The notes below the pieces were generated by a model that searched no databases, was not told the DNA's origin, and saw only the letters and a list, made by a program, of their open reading frames with translations. Below, piece after piece: positions 25,354-37,980 of a stretch of DNA of 64,000 nucleotides (its first letter is position 1; each line of letters opens with the position of its first letter). Origin of the DNA: Cirrosporium novae-zelandiae (lineage: Eukaryota). Position numbers and translations under genes: made by a program. The stretch lies in assembly GCA_026023565.1 (NCBI GenBank), contig JAPETS010000008.1, forward strand, positions 620,001-684,000. Direction: 5' to 3'.

Positions 25354-26664
25354 TGTTTACTAAAGCATCAGGATAAGTCCATAGGACTTTGGATGTACCG
25401 ATATTGGTGAACACAAAATTCCAGGGTATTTTCTTGTTAGGCTTAGTTGGCTCTTTTCTTGCTTTTTTTTTGTTGTTGTTCTTTTGTGGACCACGTTTTG
25501 TCATCACCTTCATCTGAAAATATCACGGGGGGAAACATGTCCAAGGCAGAAGGAAAGGTGCCTGGCTCAACTCAAACGATAGCTAAGTGTCATTCTCCGA
25601 TGAGGTTCTTCTCCAATCCACGTTAATTTTTTTTGCATTTTGTTTTTTTGCCTGTGGGTTACTAAAGTGGTTTTTTAATAATGAGTGAGCCTATAAGTCG
25701 CTCCCACCCCCCCTTGATCCCCTGTTATTAGCTTTCTTTTAGAATAGGATCGTGAAAAAAATGGAGAAAAAAAAAATTAAAATGAAATAAGTTTAAGTAT
25801 AGGAAATAAAGGAAGGAAGGTACATGAAAGTACTACTAAGTAACAAGAATGTAGATAGATTAGAGTAAATTTTACTGATTGGATAGGGTAGGGTAGTGTC
25901 AAGGAATAAGCTACAGTAAGCCTAAGCCCCTAGACCAAAAGGACGTGGATACTCGCTAATTAGTTAACTAACGAGTGATCTAAAATAGCTTATATAACCT
26001 GGGCTGCGCCCTCACAGGTAGGTATGGATAACTCTAGGGGGATGGATACTAGTTACTAAAAATGAGGGTTGAAGACGGTAAAGAAAGCTTTACTGTGGTT
26101 TTACTGTAGCCTTTGATAATTAGGAGAAGAGAAGGCACTTTATCATTTCCTTCCAGTTCCAATTCCAGTTCCAATTCCAGTTCCCATCGTCGCCGTCGCA
26201 TAGATATACCTGTACCTATTATATACACACGAAAGAGCTGTTGTCATCACCCATATATTTATACCCTTAGTCAGTCCTCAATCCCCAAGCCCATACAATA
26301 AATTATGCAATAAAAAAATAAAAAAATAAAAAAGGGGAATGGAATGGAGATTAAACATAAAACCTGAACCTGAACCTGTTTCTGTTTTTATGGACGCCGT
26401 GGATTTGGAAATTTTGGTTGAGTGGGAGGTTGTGTTATAACATGTGGATGGTAAGCCTAAGGGTAGGTGGTCTTTTTATTTCCTGACCTTCTTTTTAATC
26501 TCTGTTGTATTAATATAATCATGAGTGTCACTCTCGTCTCATCTCGTCTCATCTCATCTTATAGTTCTCACACATACACATATATACACATACACACACA
26601 GAGAGACAGAGACAGAGACAGAGACAAAGACAAAGAGAGCTACCCCACCCCTTAAAAAAACTCC

Positions 26665-29088
26665 TCAAATAGCGTAATTCTCCGTATGTAAAAATATCTC
26701 CTCTTTCCCATTCCGCCCACCCCACATACACTGTGTCTGCAACCTAGCAACGCAATTCCCAACATCGACTCTCATCCCAGCCGGCCCGCACACGAACACG
26801 CATGTGCGCCGACCGGAATCCGAGCGCGCTAGCCCCTTCAACATGTATGGGATGTCGGGGCGGCCGTACTCGATGCGGGTGCCTGGGTGCTTTTGCGAAG
26901 GTTGGAAGGCAAAGCGCATGAGGGATTTTTGGAGGAGGGTGGGGGTTTGGGCGAAGCCGAATTGGGGTTCGAGGGGTTGGTGGGTGGGTTGTGGTGGGTG
27001 TGGTGGTGGGAGTTGGTTGAGAGGCAGGTGGGAAGGAGCATTTGGGCGGCGGGAGGAGAGCGAACGGGGTCCTTGGTTTGCTAGGTCTGGGCTTCCCGGG
27101 CCTGAGCGGGATGGGGCCATATAGGCAGATGGGAGGGCGGTGATGGCATCTTCGTTCTCACGACGGAGTTCGCGTTCGCGGTCCTTGTTGCCCGCGGCTT
27201 CGTCCATGATGAACGCGCTGTTGCGGTGGCTTTGCATCGCGGCTGACCAGTGTCCGCTGAGGCGGTTGCCGGCCGTCTTCAGGGCGCCGCTAAGGAGCTG
27301 GGTAGGCGACGCGCCAAGCATCGTGGTGCCTAGGGTCGCGTCATAGCGCTTTGCAGCTGTGATGAAGAACTCGCAGTGCATGCTGTCTGGTGGGGCAAAC
27401 TCGCGGCAGATGCGGATTTCCTCTTGGAACCACTGCATCACTTCGGGTCGTTTCATCGCCCAGATGAGGTGCACTTTTCGGGTGACGGCTTTGCCGTCGC
27501 GCATGCGCTTGATGAGATCGTATAGATGTGACACTACCGCTGTGATCCCGCTACCACCTGCGACTAGGACCACAGTGTCGAAAGACGTCATACTGCGACT
27601 CATGCCGCCGTAGGGGCCATCGATGAACGCGCGGTAAGTCTTTAGGGGACCTTTCCTCTGTGCTGAGAGAAGTGCTTTCCGTGTGAAACCCGAGAAGGGG
27701 CGAAATACTACCGCCATATCCTTGTAGTCGGGCCCGTATTCGGAAGGGAAATCATCGCTGCAGAGGGATGCAATGGTGAAGGGGTGGTTTCCGAAGGGGG
27801 CGATCCCTGGCATGCGAAGATAGACGTATTGGCCGGGTTTCCACCGTTTCTGAGTTGGGATTGTGACTTTCAACGCAGATTCGGAGAGGATTTGGATGGC
27901 AGCCTCCTCGCCGATCAGAAAGGAAAGGCGCCAAGGACAGGTCCAGTTAAGGTAGCATAAGCGGGCGATGTACGAAAGTATCCAGATAGCAACGGTCGTC
28001 CAGAGGTAGTGCCAGGATGTGAGGAAGTTTTTAGTGTGCCAGAAAAGCATTCCTGTGAAGACGATGGCGATGGGGACGTGGAGGAGCTTGAAAACCTCGT
28101 ACATGCGAGAGCGGAAAAAGGGGAGGGAATGCACCGTCAGAAGGAGCAAGGGGACCAGGGATGCAACGCCAGTGCCGTAGACAATGTACTTTTGGGGGAA
28201 GAGTACCTTGAAGGTGGGCCAGGCTCCGTCGGACCACACGGGTGTGACGTAGAATGGGATGGTGTGCACGAGGCTAAGGAAGAGGAATATGTATGAACCC
28301 CATCGGTGGAGGGCGTTGAGTCTTTCATGGCCAATTCCTGTAAGGAAGGATATCGGATTCGCCGTTACGCCTAGGGAAATAATCCATGGAAGCATCGCAA
28401 TCGCAATCATGCCCGCTCTGATGGCAAGAGGGGGTGAGCCATATCGGATGCTGGCGTAGTAGAGAGGTTGCGGGACAAAGGAGTAAAGCGTGACGAAAAC
28501 GAATGTGACGAAAGCCAGAGCAAGAATTCCCACGGAAGGAAATGCTATGCTAAATTTCCATATCTTTAGGTTTGGAATCTGGCGATAGAAGATCCATCTC
28601 ATGGCAGCAATGATGGAATTGAGAGACCCGATGGAGGAGAGGGATGATTCAAGCCGTGGAGCTTCGGGAGAGGGACCACAGGAAGGAAAAAATTGTCTCG
28701 TCGAGGCATCGGTCATAGCACTCTGTGTTGCCTTTTCATAGTCCATTCCCATTGCCGCATAGGCGGTCCTTTTCGCCGTCTCTTCAACCGCCTCTCTATG
28801 TAACGCAACTCTAACCTTATCACCATGCAAATCGTACACTCGCACCGCCATAGCAAGAACCAGCAAGATTATAGAGAAATACACCCATCCTAATGAATAC
28901 TTGCCAGCTTGGTTCCATGGGTCCTCTTTGCTCGCAGCGATGAGCCCCGGGGAGCTTGTCGCATTAACCTGGATACTGATACGTTTTGCTAATTCTGCAA
29001 TGCAATTCTCCAATTCTTCTTCTGCTTCATGAATGATTGGTAGAGCCCGAGAGCTTAGGCGCTCTGCGATTGAGAATATGGCAGGCAT
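26665..29088 (-). CDS. Ferric/cupric reductase-like transmembrane metalloreductase (FRE family)
   Basis: Heme histidines (LHRW...LVH; LLH...FWH), FAD motif HPFTIAS, DGPYG, NADPH motif VAGGSGIT, FVCGP, terminal HTENY. First ATG at 29088. Confidence 0.92.
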   Translation of the reverse strand: MPAIFSIAERLSSRALPIIHEAEEELENCIAELAKRISIQVNATSSPGLIAASKEDPWNQAGKYSLGWVYFSIILLVLAMAVRVYDLHGDKVRVALHREAVEETAKRTAYAAMGMDYEKATQSAMTDASTRQFFPSCGPSPEAPRLESSLSSIGSLNSIIAAMRWIFYRQIPNLKIWKFSIAFPSVGILALAFVTFVFVTLYSFVPQPLYYASIRYGSPPLAIRAGMIAIAMLPWIISLGVTANPISFLTGIGHERLNALHRWGSYIFLFLSLVHTIPFYVTPVWSDGAWPTFKVLFPQKYIVYGTGVASLVPLLLLTVHSLPFFRSRMYEVFKLLHVPIAIVFTGMLFWHTKNFLTSWHYLWTTVAIWILSYIARLCYLNWTCPWRLSFLIGEEAAIQILSESALKVTIPTQKRWKPGQYVYLRMPGIAPFGNHPFTIASLCSDDFPSEYGPDYKDMAVVFRPFSGFTRKALLSAQRKGPLKTYRAFIDGPYGGMSRSMTSFDTVVLVAGGSGITAVVSHLYDLIKRMRDGKAVTRKVHLIWAMKRPEVMQWFQEEIRICREFAPPDSMHCEFFITAAKRYDATLGTTMLGASPTQLLSGALKTAGNRLSGHWSAAMQSHRNSAFIMDEAAGNKDRERELRRENEDAITALPSAYMAPSRSGPGSPDLANQGPRSLSSRRPNAPSHLPLNQLPPPHPPQPTHQPLEPQFGFAQTPTLLQKSLMRFAFQPSQKHPGTRIEYGRPDIPYMLKGLARSDSGRRTCVFVCGPAGMRVDVGNCVARLQTQCMWGGRNGKEEIFLHTENYAI

Positions 29089-30607
29089 CTTGATGATAGA
29101 CAAGATGTGAAAATTCGAGGATTGTATTGTCGAACTTGGGATTCCAACCCAAGGATTCTAATTTGTATAACCCTTCTTTTCCCAGCTGGCCAGTCCAGGG
29201 TGACATGTGCTTTCTGCTATTTATTAAAAACAGACAGATCGTAAATAGTAAATAGGTAGATGGGTTTCGTAGTAGTTTATGGTTAACAATGGAAACTCAT
29301 GCAGCCAGATGTCCTATTAGTCCCAATTGATGTGAAGAATACCAGCTTCTTCGAGACTGTACGTCAAAAATAAAAACGAAAGTGGCACGATGGTGTTACG
29401 CAAGCAGATAGAAGGTAGGAAATAGCGGATTCGACGGTTGATAGCTGAGCTGAAGTAATAGATGTGTGTACCGGTACAATGGGAGGTTACTCCATCGTAC
29501 GCATAATTAATCGGCGACCTTGGAGTGGTAGAGAGTGCGGTCAAGAAAAGAAAAGCAAAGAAAGCGCAAGAGGAACGGACGGAGGAAACGTCCACCCTGG
29601 GTGCTTAGACAGGTATATTTGTAAGAATTTCTTGCAGATAGGACTCATGGGGGGATGTATTATGCATGCAACATGCAGCGGTTGTGGTAGACAGGAAAAT
29701 GGACTCAAGAGAAAGTTGATAGTCCAGAATTTCCAGGGACCCCTTGGAGCCACCCGGAGACCATTCCAGGGTGATCCCAAGGTGATCGAGGAGTTGAGAA
29801 ATAAACGGACGAGTCGGGATAGAATTATAAGCGCTGAAGAAGCCATGGTGGAGAGGAAGAAGGACAAAAAACAACGAAAAACAACAAGCAGAGCAACCAG
29901 AGGGCCTGGGAGCGGGTCATCAACCGCATTAGTGGCCTTTCCCAATCACACGGGCACCTCGACCAACCTTGGATCTGTTATCACATTGGCTGGTTGGTAA
30001 ACCCACGGAATTTAACTGCATGCAACCACTTTCTACCCATCCATCTCGATTGTTAGATAGATAAATGCTATCTAAATTATCTACATGTAATTATCTATTT
30101 TTATTGAACCGAGGGAGTATCCATGGACAGTACTGGATGCTATGTAGGATCATCCAACGTCGTTATCAAATAATGCGCATATTAAATCACCAGATTGAAA
30201 GAAACCAACAGAATATTTGAAGAATATAATGTTGTGTAATTGAGGCGCTGTCCGATTTCTTGGTTTCTTCGAGAGGTCTTGACCTCAGCAAGTAAGAATT
30301 GTCTTGTACCTTCATCTTTGCAAAAAGGTACGGTACACGTTTTGGTTCGAGTCGCATGGTCGCCACAACCGCCATGGATAGACAAGTCAATTGATAATTG
30401 TGAAAGGGGGGACCGAGAAAACAATAGTTCCAGCGCTTGAAAAGAACACAAATGCAAAGAAGACGTAATTTGGTTAAACAGGATGGCCCCCATCAAGCCA
30501 TCAGAGGCCTCGACCAAGACACTCATCTGGGCGCTTGGCCATCACCCATCACCATCACCGGCATTAAAACAAATTCAGACCAGCCGGAGGACTAAGATCC
30601 GGAACAC

Positions 30608-30634
30608 TTAGATTAGATTAGATTAGATTAGATT
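30608..30634. repeat. (TTAGA)n microsatellite
   Basis: ttagattagattagattagattagatt upstream of rrp43. Confidence 0.85.
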
Positions 30635-30735
30635 CACACCCCAGAGCTTGATCAAGCTTGATAATTATCAACCACCAAGCTTCAAGGAAAATATACTCGT
30701 TCAACCTCCCACAATTCAACTCAAAACCCAATACA

Positions 30736-31773
30736 ATGTCTTCAACAACTACAGCCACATCCTCCAACTCCATCATTCAACCCTTCACCCCTTCCATCCT
30801 CGCAAAACTCCAGCCAACAAATTATCTCATCGGCCACCTTTCTCATCCCACCCCCGATGGCCATCCCCGCCGCCCTAATGCCCGTAAACCCCTCGAATTC
30901 CGTCCGTCTTCTACCCACACCGGCTCCCTAAGCCATACCAACGGCAGCGCTGTCGTCCGCATCGGTGACACCGCAGTTGTATGTGGTGTTAGAGCCGAGA
31001 CCCTACTCGCGGCCGACGTGCCTGCTTACAAGGTCTCACATACTACCACTGAGGATGTCGCTGATTATGATGTGGAGAGTCAGGCCAGCCACAAGATGAG
31101 GGAATTGGGGTTGCTGGTACCAAACATCGAGCTCGCGACGGGATCTTCAATGGCACATTTACCGGGGAATCCCCCGTCGACACTGGCACAAAGCTTGAGC
31201 CAGAGGTTGCTGGAATTATTATACTCGTCTAATCTAATTAATTTTGAGCATCTGAAGATCTTGTATCAGCCGTCGAAGGTGAATGAGGGAGAAGAAGAAA
31301 TGCAGGAGGATCATCATGAGCCAGAACCAGAGGTCAAGGCTTTCTGGTGTCTGTACATTGATATACTATTTATTTCTCTAGACGGGAACCCTTTTGATGC
31401 CGCTTGGGCTGCTGTGATGGGCGCCCTGCAAGATACAAAGCTACCGTTTGCCTGGTGGGATATCGATAGAGAGATTATTCTTTGCGACGAGTCGGCAGAG
31501 AAAGCCAAGGAATTAGGAAAGGTTCTTACAGGCAGGCCATACGCGAGCACCTTTGCAGTATTTGAAAAGGGTGATCTCGACAAAAATTACTGGGTATTAG
31601 CCGATCCAGATACTTTCGAGGAAGCTTTATGTCAGGAAACTGTTACAGTTGTGGTAGATGATGAAACAATTATTCGACTTGAGAAAAGTGGGGGGGCGAA
31701 TCTAGGTATTAAGGACCTTCGTCAACTAGTTACGATTGCACAGACGAGACAAAAGGAATGGAGCAGTATCTGA
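30736..31773 (+). CDS. rrp43: Exosome core subunit Rrp43 (RNase PH fold)
   Basis: RPNARKPLEFR, GSLSHTNGSAVVRIGDTAVVCGV, LVPNIEL, WCLYIDILFISLDGNPFDAAW; intronless. Confidence 0.87.
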   Translation: MSSTTTATSSNSIIQPFTPSILAKLQPTNYLIGHLSHPTPDGHPRRPNARKPLEFRPSSTHTGSLSHTNGSAVVRIGDTAVVCGVRAETLLAADVPAYKVSHTTTEDVADYDVESQASHKMRELGLLVPNIELATGSSMAHLPGNPPSTLAQSLSQRLLELLYSSNLINFEHLKILYQPSKVNEGEEEMQEDHHEPEPEVKAFWCLYIDILFISLDGNPFDAAWAAVMGALQDTKLPFAWWDIDREIILCDESAEKAKELGKVLTGRPYASTFAVFEKGDLDKNYWVLADPDTFEEALCQETVTVVVDDETIIRLEKSGGANLGIKDLRQLVTIAQTRQKEWSSI

Positions 31774-31858
31774 GGATATAAATCATGGCCGTCGTATTTC
31801 TATTCGACATTCAATAAGTCGTCTATGAATACCAGGAATAGTCCTCTTCGCCAGTATT

Positions 31859-33463
31859 TTATTCACCCCCAACGATCTTTCGTTGGTGGGGCTCAGAGCC
31901 CGAAGAGTCTGCAAGCGTCGATAATGTATTTGCCTCCGAACCCTTCTTGACCCCCTTGTCTATCCCCGACGCCTTTGTGCCCATATCTTCAGCACTTTTA
32001 GCACCCTCCGCCTCCAACTTCTTCGACATAGCCTCAATTCGTCTAGGCGAAAATATGCTTCCCTTCGGCGCTTCATCATCCGACCCTTCAGTGTACTCCC
32101 ACATATACTTGATATCCCCCCTGACATATGCGGTTCCCCACACTGAGATTAACACTCCGGGAACTAGATAAAGCAAGGCTGGTTGTGCATGCCTTGCAAA
32201 ATGCATGACTCCAACTGTTATTGTCATCCCAATGATATAACCAATCAATGCAGCATAGAAATAAACCTTCGAGAAGCGAATTGCACGCATTCGAAGATTT
32301 AGTGGCATAGGAGATCTGTTAGTCCATAGTCGTTCTCCCCATCTGCGAGTAGGAGAAATGAATGGCACCTTGATTACTGGATGCTTGGCATTTTTGTCCG
32401 TCTTTTCCTGCTCAACCGTAGCTTTATTTGTAGATGTATTTGGAGTCCCGGGTTTTTGTTTTCGCAGGTAGAACAGATATAGATCAAACCGTAGAGCAAG
32501 TCCAATTAGCATTCCAGGCAATACTACATCTCCCAGTCCTAACATTGCGAGGGACTGCTTTGGATCTTCCCCAGGCGCTGCTGCACGAGGAAAGAGAAGC
32601 TTAATCGGAACTTCTAATTTTGTAGCGACTGTTACCATCAATGGCGTAAAGAAGACGAAGTAGATATCATAAAAGAACAATCCACTTAGAATCAGTGTTC
32701 CCGTCCAGAATGTCGTGGGTGACATGAATTGCAAGGCTGTATAAGCGAATGAAAACCCTTGCAGGTTAGTCAACCACCATGGATTGTCCACAAAATTGAA
32801 ATAAAGTACAGATCCCACTGCCTGAACTATGCCAACAATAGTAGAGGTTTTGACTATGATCTTAAAACGAGGAAATGGGCGTCTGGTTTGAAATTTGAAC
32901 TTTTGCGTCCTCAAGAAGTGGCGAATATTCCAGAGCAAGTTCAATACTGTTGGTGGCAGGTTAACGCGACCCAACACTCCTGGTAGAGGACTGCTCCTGT
33001 TTGATGCAGTAACAGCCTTGAAAGTTTGGCTTTTCCGATCCACTCTCCAGACAAGGCCCTCATCAACATAACAAGCCGGAAACACGAGACTCGTACATAC
33101 GTCAATAGCATCGGCGAAAAATCTTCCCACAGACACGACCCCGAAAGCTGAGAAGTAGTAATTGAGGATTAGGTTCAGCAGGTCCACATTCTGCAACCAT
33201 TTAATCAAGAAATAGAGTCCAGTCAAGGTGCACCCAGCAACTACGGGAAATAATATAGCGTCCATAGGTGACAGACCTTCCATTTTCTTGGATTTCTCTT
33301 CAGTATTTTCATCATCATCGTCTATCTCATTATTGTCTGGATCCCCTGCAGATTCTGGCTGCGAGAGTGAAGCATGAGCTCCAGCGTATATGGGGAAGAT
33401 GGCAGAGAGGAGTAAGTGAATATAGGTCGGAAGGACCGGTCTTAGGGAAGCTAGCTGCTCCAT
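31859..33463 (-). CDS. sppA: Signal peptide peptidase (A22B GxGD intramembrane aspartyl protease)
   Basis: LFFYDIYFVF, LGLGDVVLPG and QPALLYLVP motifs; multiple TM segments. Confidence 0.93.
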   Translation of the reverse strand: MEQLASLRPVLPTYIHLLLSAIFPIYAGAHASLSQPESAGDPDNNEIDDDDENTEEKSKKMEGLSPMDAILFPVVAGCTLTGLYFLIKWLQNVDLLNLILNYYFSAFGVVSVGRFFADAIDVCTSLVFPACYVDEGLVWRVDRKSQTFKAVTASNRSSPLPGVLGRVNLPPTVLNLLWNIRHFLRTQKFKFQTRRPFPRFKIIVKTSTIVGIVQAVGSVLYFNFVDNPWWLTNLQGFSFAYTALQFMSPTTFWTGTLILSGLFFYDIYFVFFTPLMVTVATKLEVPIKLLFPRAAAPGEDPKQSLAMLGLGDVVLPGMLIGLALRFDLYLFYLRKQKPGTPNTSTNKATVEQEKTDKNAKHPVIKVPFISPTRRWGERLWTNRSPMPLNLRMRAIRFSKVYFYAALIGYIIGMTITVGVMHFARHAQPALLYLVPGVLISVWGTAYVRGDIKYMWEYTEGSDDEAPKGSIFSPRRIEAMSKKLEAEGAKSAEDMGTKASGIDKGVKKGSEANTLSTLADSSGSEPHQRKIVGGE

Positions 33464-33825
33464 TCTGAATAGAGGTGTGCCTAGGAAGTGATTGCCTTAT
33501 GCCGCAGTAAATAGCTTCCAAAAGGTTGTATGCGGTTGTTAAGTAAAGTATTGGGATAGCATAGTCTGGGATAACTGCTAACAGTAACAGGGATTCAAGA
33601 GAATGACTGCGAATTTAATAAAGATGGGATTTAGACATCTTGAAGGAAGCCAGAACTGTTCTGTTAATAATTGCAGGTCAGGCAGGGAGCGAGGACACGG
33701 AGTAATAATATGCATTGATGCCTGGTTAGGCACCAAGACTTTATCTAATCTATCTCATCCCCGCAATATTCTTTTACAGTAGCCTTGTTCCTTTGAAGAT
33801 CAACTTTAGTAAAGAATAAATCATT

Positions 33826-34467
33826 ATGGCGACCAACGTTGTACTTGACACTAGTATGGTATACTTCTTCTATCTCCCAAGATCCATGCGACCGTATTGA
33901 CTGAATGTGTAGGGCTCAATTACCGTGGAGCTCTATAACGATCACGCCCCGAAAGTAACTACACGTTCCATCTCCACAACTACCTCCACTGACCATATGC
34001 TAGACCTGCAAAAACTTTGCGACCCTCACCGAACGGGGGTATTATAACAATGTCATCGTGCATCGCATTATCCCCGATTTTATGATTCAAACTGGAGACC
34101 CCACCGGTACTGGCAGAGGCGGCAGCTCTATATATGGAGAGAAGTTTGAAGATGAGATCAATCCATCATTGAAGCATACGGGAGCCGGAGTTTTGAGTAT
34201 GGCAAATGCGGGACCAAATACAAATGGGAGTCAGTTCTTCATTGTAAGTTCAGGCAAGCCCTAGGGTTGTGGCATAGGGCTGATTAAGGGAAGACGTTAG
34301 CTCCGACACCATGGCTTGATGGAAAACATACAATATTCGGAAGGGTTAAAAGCGGAATGAGAGTGGTTCAGAGGATGGGACTCGTGAAGACCGATGCTAG
34401 TGATAGACCTCTGGATGAAGTTAAGATCATGAAGGCCAGGGTCGCTGAAGAAGGCGCAGAAGAATGA
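33826..34467 (+). CDS. cyp1: Cyclophilin-type peptidyl-prolyl isomerase, PPIL1-like (spliceosomal)
   Basis: Four exons: [30 protein letters not shown]...[26 protein letters not shown]...[25 protein letters not shown]. Confidence 0.92.
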
Positions 34468-35123
34468 AGGCCAGCTTATTTAATATTTAACCATCCCCGA
34501 CCGCTCGTCAATGCCATACCATATAATCCGGAAAAGCTCTCGGGTGTCCATTGAGACTTTGACACGAACAGACAGCCAGAGCTAGTTCGGAAAAAATCAT
34601 AGGACCGTATGGAAGTTATAATTCTATCGACCTTATAGGGTATCTCTGGTGAACTTTCTCCAATAAGGGAAAGTTGATGGAGTCATAGAATCTCTTATGA
34701 GAGCCCTCTAATAAAGGTATGGTCGCTTCCTTATAAAGTTGCTCGACTTGAGCGCCGGTCCGACACGTCAGCTTATTCTTCAAGCCAACACTATATAATG
34801 AAATACAAGGAAACATGATTGCCAGTTTACACCATCAGATATATTTATACGGTCAATTTTATTGCATACTGTCGGTAACATAATTATCGGCTTATCAACA
34901 CAGATATTGTTACAGAGGCGGCCTAAACCCTTTAGCCACCAAGAACAGATATTTGATGATGATGATTTATTTCATTATCCGCATATCACTTCTAAGCTAT
35001 GGCGGACATGAGATATTTGATAATTAGCCATATCTAGGGTGCAATAACAGATGTCAAGGTGGATCCTTATGCAAACATAGACAATTTATATGAAAAGGAA
35101 GTTTTAGGGGCTTTAACCATACA

Positions 35124-36024
35124 TTAGTATGGACGCCATCGATGTCGTCGAGGCAATTGCGCCTTCTGCCAGGCCCAAGCTAGTGGATATGCCTCCCACC
35201 ATGGTCTGACTAGAACAGTTGGAAAGCGTCCCTCAGAGTTCATACACACATTCCATTTCAAGAAATTGATTCTGGTTTGAACCGACTGCAGCACCAGTTA
35301 AAATATTGAGAGGGCATGATCTTAGGGAAGGCCTCACCGATACTATACGTCCCCAATACCGCCCGTGGCCAGGGCTTTTGGCGTCGTCGGGCGGCTGGTT
35401 TCTCTGCTCTCTAGCACCACAGTGGACATACATATATGCGTGACACATCTATAACGCCCGTTAGATATCGAAAATAATGCATCGCAAAAAGAAGCGGCTT
35501 ACTTCATGCAACAAGACCCTTAGCAAAAGATGGAAATCATCAGGTCCGTGATATGGTTTATTAGGCCTTTCGTGATCCCGTGAGAAATACCTACTAATCA
35601 GTATACTAGTCCGTTTCGCATGCACCCCTTTTTGTACAGTAATTCCCCAAATACCATCACCATCGAAGCCCGGGCCCATAGATCCCAAAAATACGTTCTC
35701 CCATAATGATCCATGGAAGAAAAGAAGATCGAGGTCTTTGAAGACCTTGAATGCAATATTGAAAAGATTAAATCCTCGTATGTATTTTCTCATCGCGTTT
35801 CGTTCGATGTTAAATGCAGCTTGCTCCTGGGACTCTTCCAGAGGCATACTATTTCTGTTCCTGAGCATGTTTGCAGCCAAGTTGCAGGGCATGGATCCCT
35901 GGAATCGCGGCTGAAGTTTAGTATTCGAGAGATCATCGACATCTTCCTGTGAGACGGGGTATACTGGATCCTCATTAGCACGGACTCGACAACGTTCAAC
36001 TTGACGTCGATGGAATAGCCTCAT
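35124..36024 (-). CDS. SprT-like zinc metalloprotease-domain protein
   Basis: Intron 35449-35502 joins LLRVLLHE to MCHAY (HEMCH); downstream GHGRYW; upstream DLDLLFFHGSL. A second intron 35286-35337 leads to a stop at 35124. Confidence 0.75.
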
Positions 36025-37980
36025 GGCAACTAATAATCAAAAAGACTTTAGCAATTCAAAGAACCACTAAGAGCTGATAGAATGGTTCTTCCTGGAATCT
36101 TACAAAAATGGGCGACGAGTCTTTGATGATTTAGGAAAAAAAAGTCTGCGAGAGAGTGTGATACAAGATTTTTATACTACAACGAAAAGCCCGGGAAAAG
36201 GAAGATGGCCATCATTGTCTATATCTGAATGAATGATGGTATGTATGTTTCACCTCCAATAACCATTCGATTCGCAGACCCATTTCTTCACTCAGGGGGT
36301 TGGAAAGGGGTATGTCATATTGCCACCAGTGACTCCAACTCCACACTGAATAGCTGGTCGGTTGACCGAATGCCCTCCAACAGAAAGATAAACACCCACC
36401 AGTATGCACATGAGGTTGAATTATTCCTCAAATCCCTTTACTAGCACTGATATAAAAGTTTAAAATTCAGGTGAGTCCAATCACCAAACAAACCACTCAG
36501 ACCACTCAACTAAATAGAAAAACAAACACGCATATCATGTTTAATGCCTTTGGAGAATACATTTTCAACTAGGGGAAAACTAAGGGCATCGGGTATATAA
36601 ATCCTCTCCGGCTTGAATTTTCCCTTTCTCTTGAAACTATTCGCGCCATGTTTTGGACGGGCGGTCCATCCAATGGAATGATCAGCATAGAGTTCGATTC
36701 GAGCACAACGTTCTTCTTCGCTGATGAGCTGGAGGCCTGTTATTATTTATAAACATGTTAGCTGAACCGCCCTGGGAGCTCATATGTGAGACCGCTTACT
36801 TAATATACTTGATGGCAGTGGCAATGACCGTTGACAGACCTTCTTTATAGACAGAACACTGACCTGTAACGTGAGGAAGGACTCTGTTCTTTATACATGG
36901 AGGTAGCAATTACCGAATAATATTTGTAATTCAATTACATCTATCTAACAGGCGTAATGTATCGAGTAGTACATCATCCAACGATGACTTGTGCGAAGAA
37001 CTTGATAGGTATATCAATACGAAACTGATGTTAAAAGGGATTTCAGTGAAGTGTTTACCAAAGTAAAGAATATTTTTGGATAGGAGTTAAGGCGAGGAGG
37101 AAACGCTACCCAGATATCTACAGTCTTTGTCGACTATTACGGTTTTTCGATGGCAATCTTACGGAAAGCTATAGTAAGCTCCCGACATAATAATAATAAT
37201 GAGTATGAGAACTAAAATAAAGAAGACTAGAAATAGTATTTATAAGATTCACACCAGCTTGGGGTTTCCACCCAAGACCCTCCCTCCCTAGAGTTCTTCA
37301 TCTATCATTACAGTACTCCTCTGTGATTTGAAGGCCCTTTCTAACACTCTCATCCTCGTCTTCCTATCCCCCAACCTTTCCAAACCAATTCCATTCACCC
37401 CCCCCCGTGAACGGTTACTATAGCGTCGGACAATTGGGATCTAATTGGTTAAACCCAGAACAATTGTTAGCTCCCCACTTCGACAGGAGTCCCAGCTTTC
37501 TGTATTTTAACCTGTAATTTCACTTTCCGTTGTCCTTCTTCCCGCTTCTATGGCTTACAGGCAGTAAATATTGAAATATTACGACGCAAATTAACCGTAT
37601 AAAGGTAGAGGGCACGAGCCCTGGAGTGGGGCGAGCTAACAATTATTCTGGGTTTGACCAAGTAGATTCCGTTCTTGGCGAGAATAAGTTGGTCATTAAG
37701 TTACACGCACGTGACACGGTAGCATCCAGTTGTATTGCTTTTCTCGACCTCCCCCGCATTTTTCTTTGAATCAATGGCTTGCTGCATTGTGAAATAATGT
37801 ACTCGAGTAGTTGCCTAGGGAAAAGGTGTTCATGGCTTGCCAAAAATGCAAGGATGTTGTTGGGTGTTTGAACTTGCTGTGTGTATGCTTTATTTAAACG
37901 TTGGATTTGGTCCACGCCTATACTCACCTACTGTCGAGCAAAGCACATTTTACAAAGATTTAATTCCTCGTACTCGCAAT

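Noticed and set aside
29464..30000. 178-aa plus-strand ORF and overlapping antisense ORFs upstream of the ferric reductase
   Set aside because: GTG start and no motifs; more likely promoter or leader sequence, though a BLAST check is cheap.
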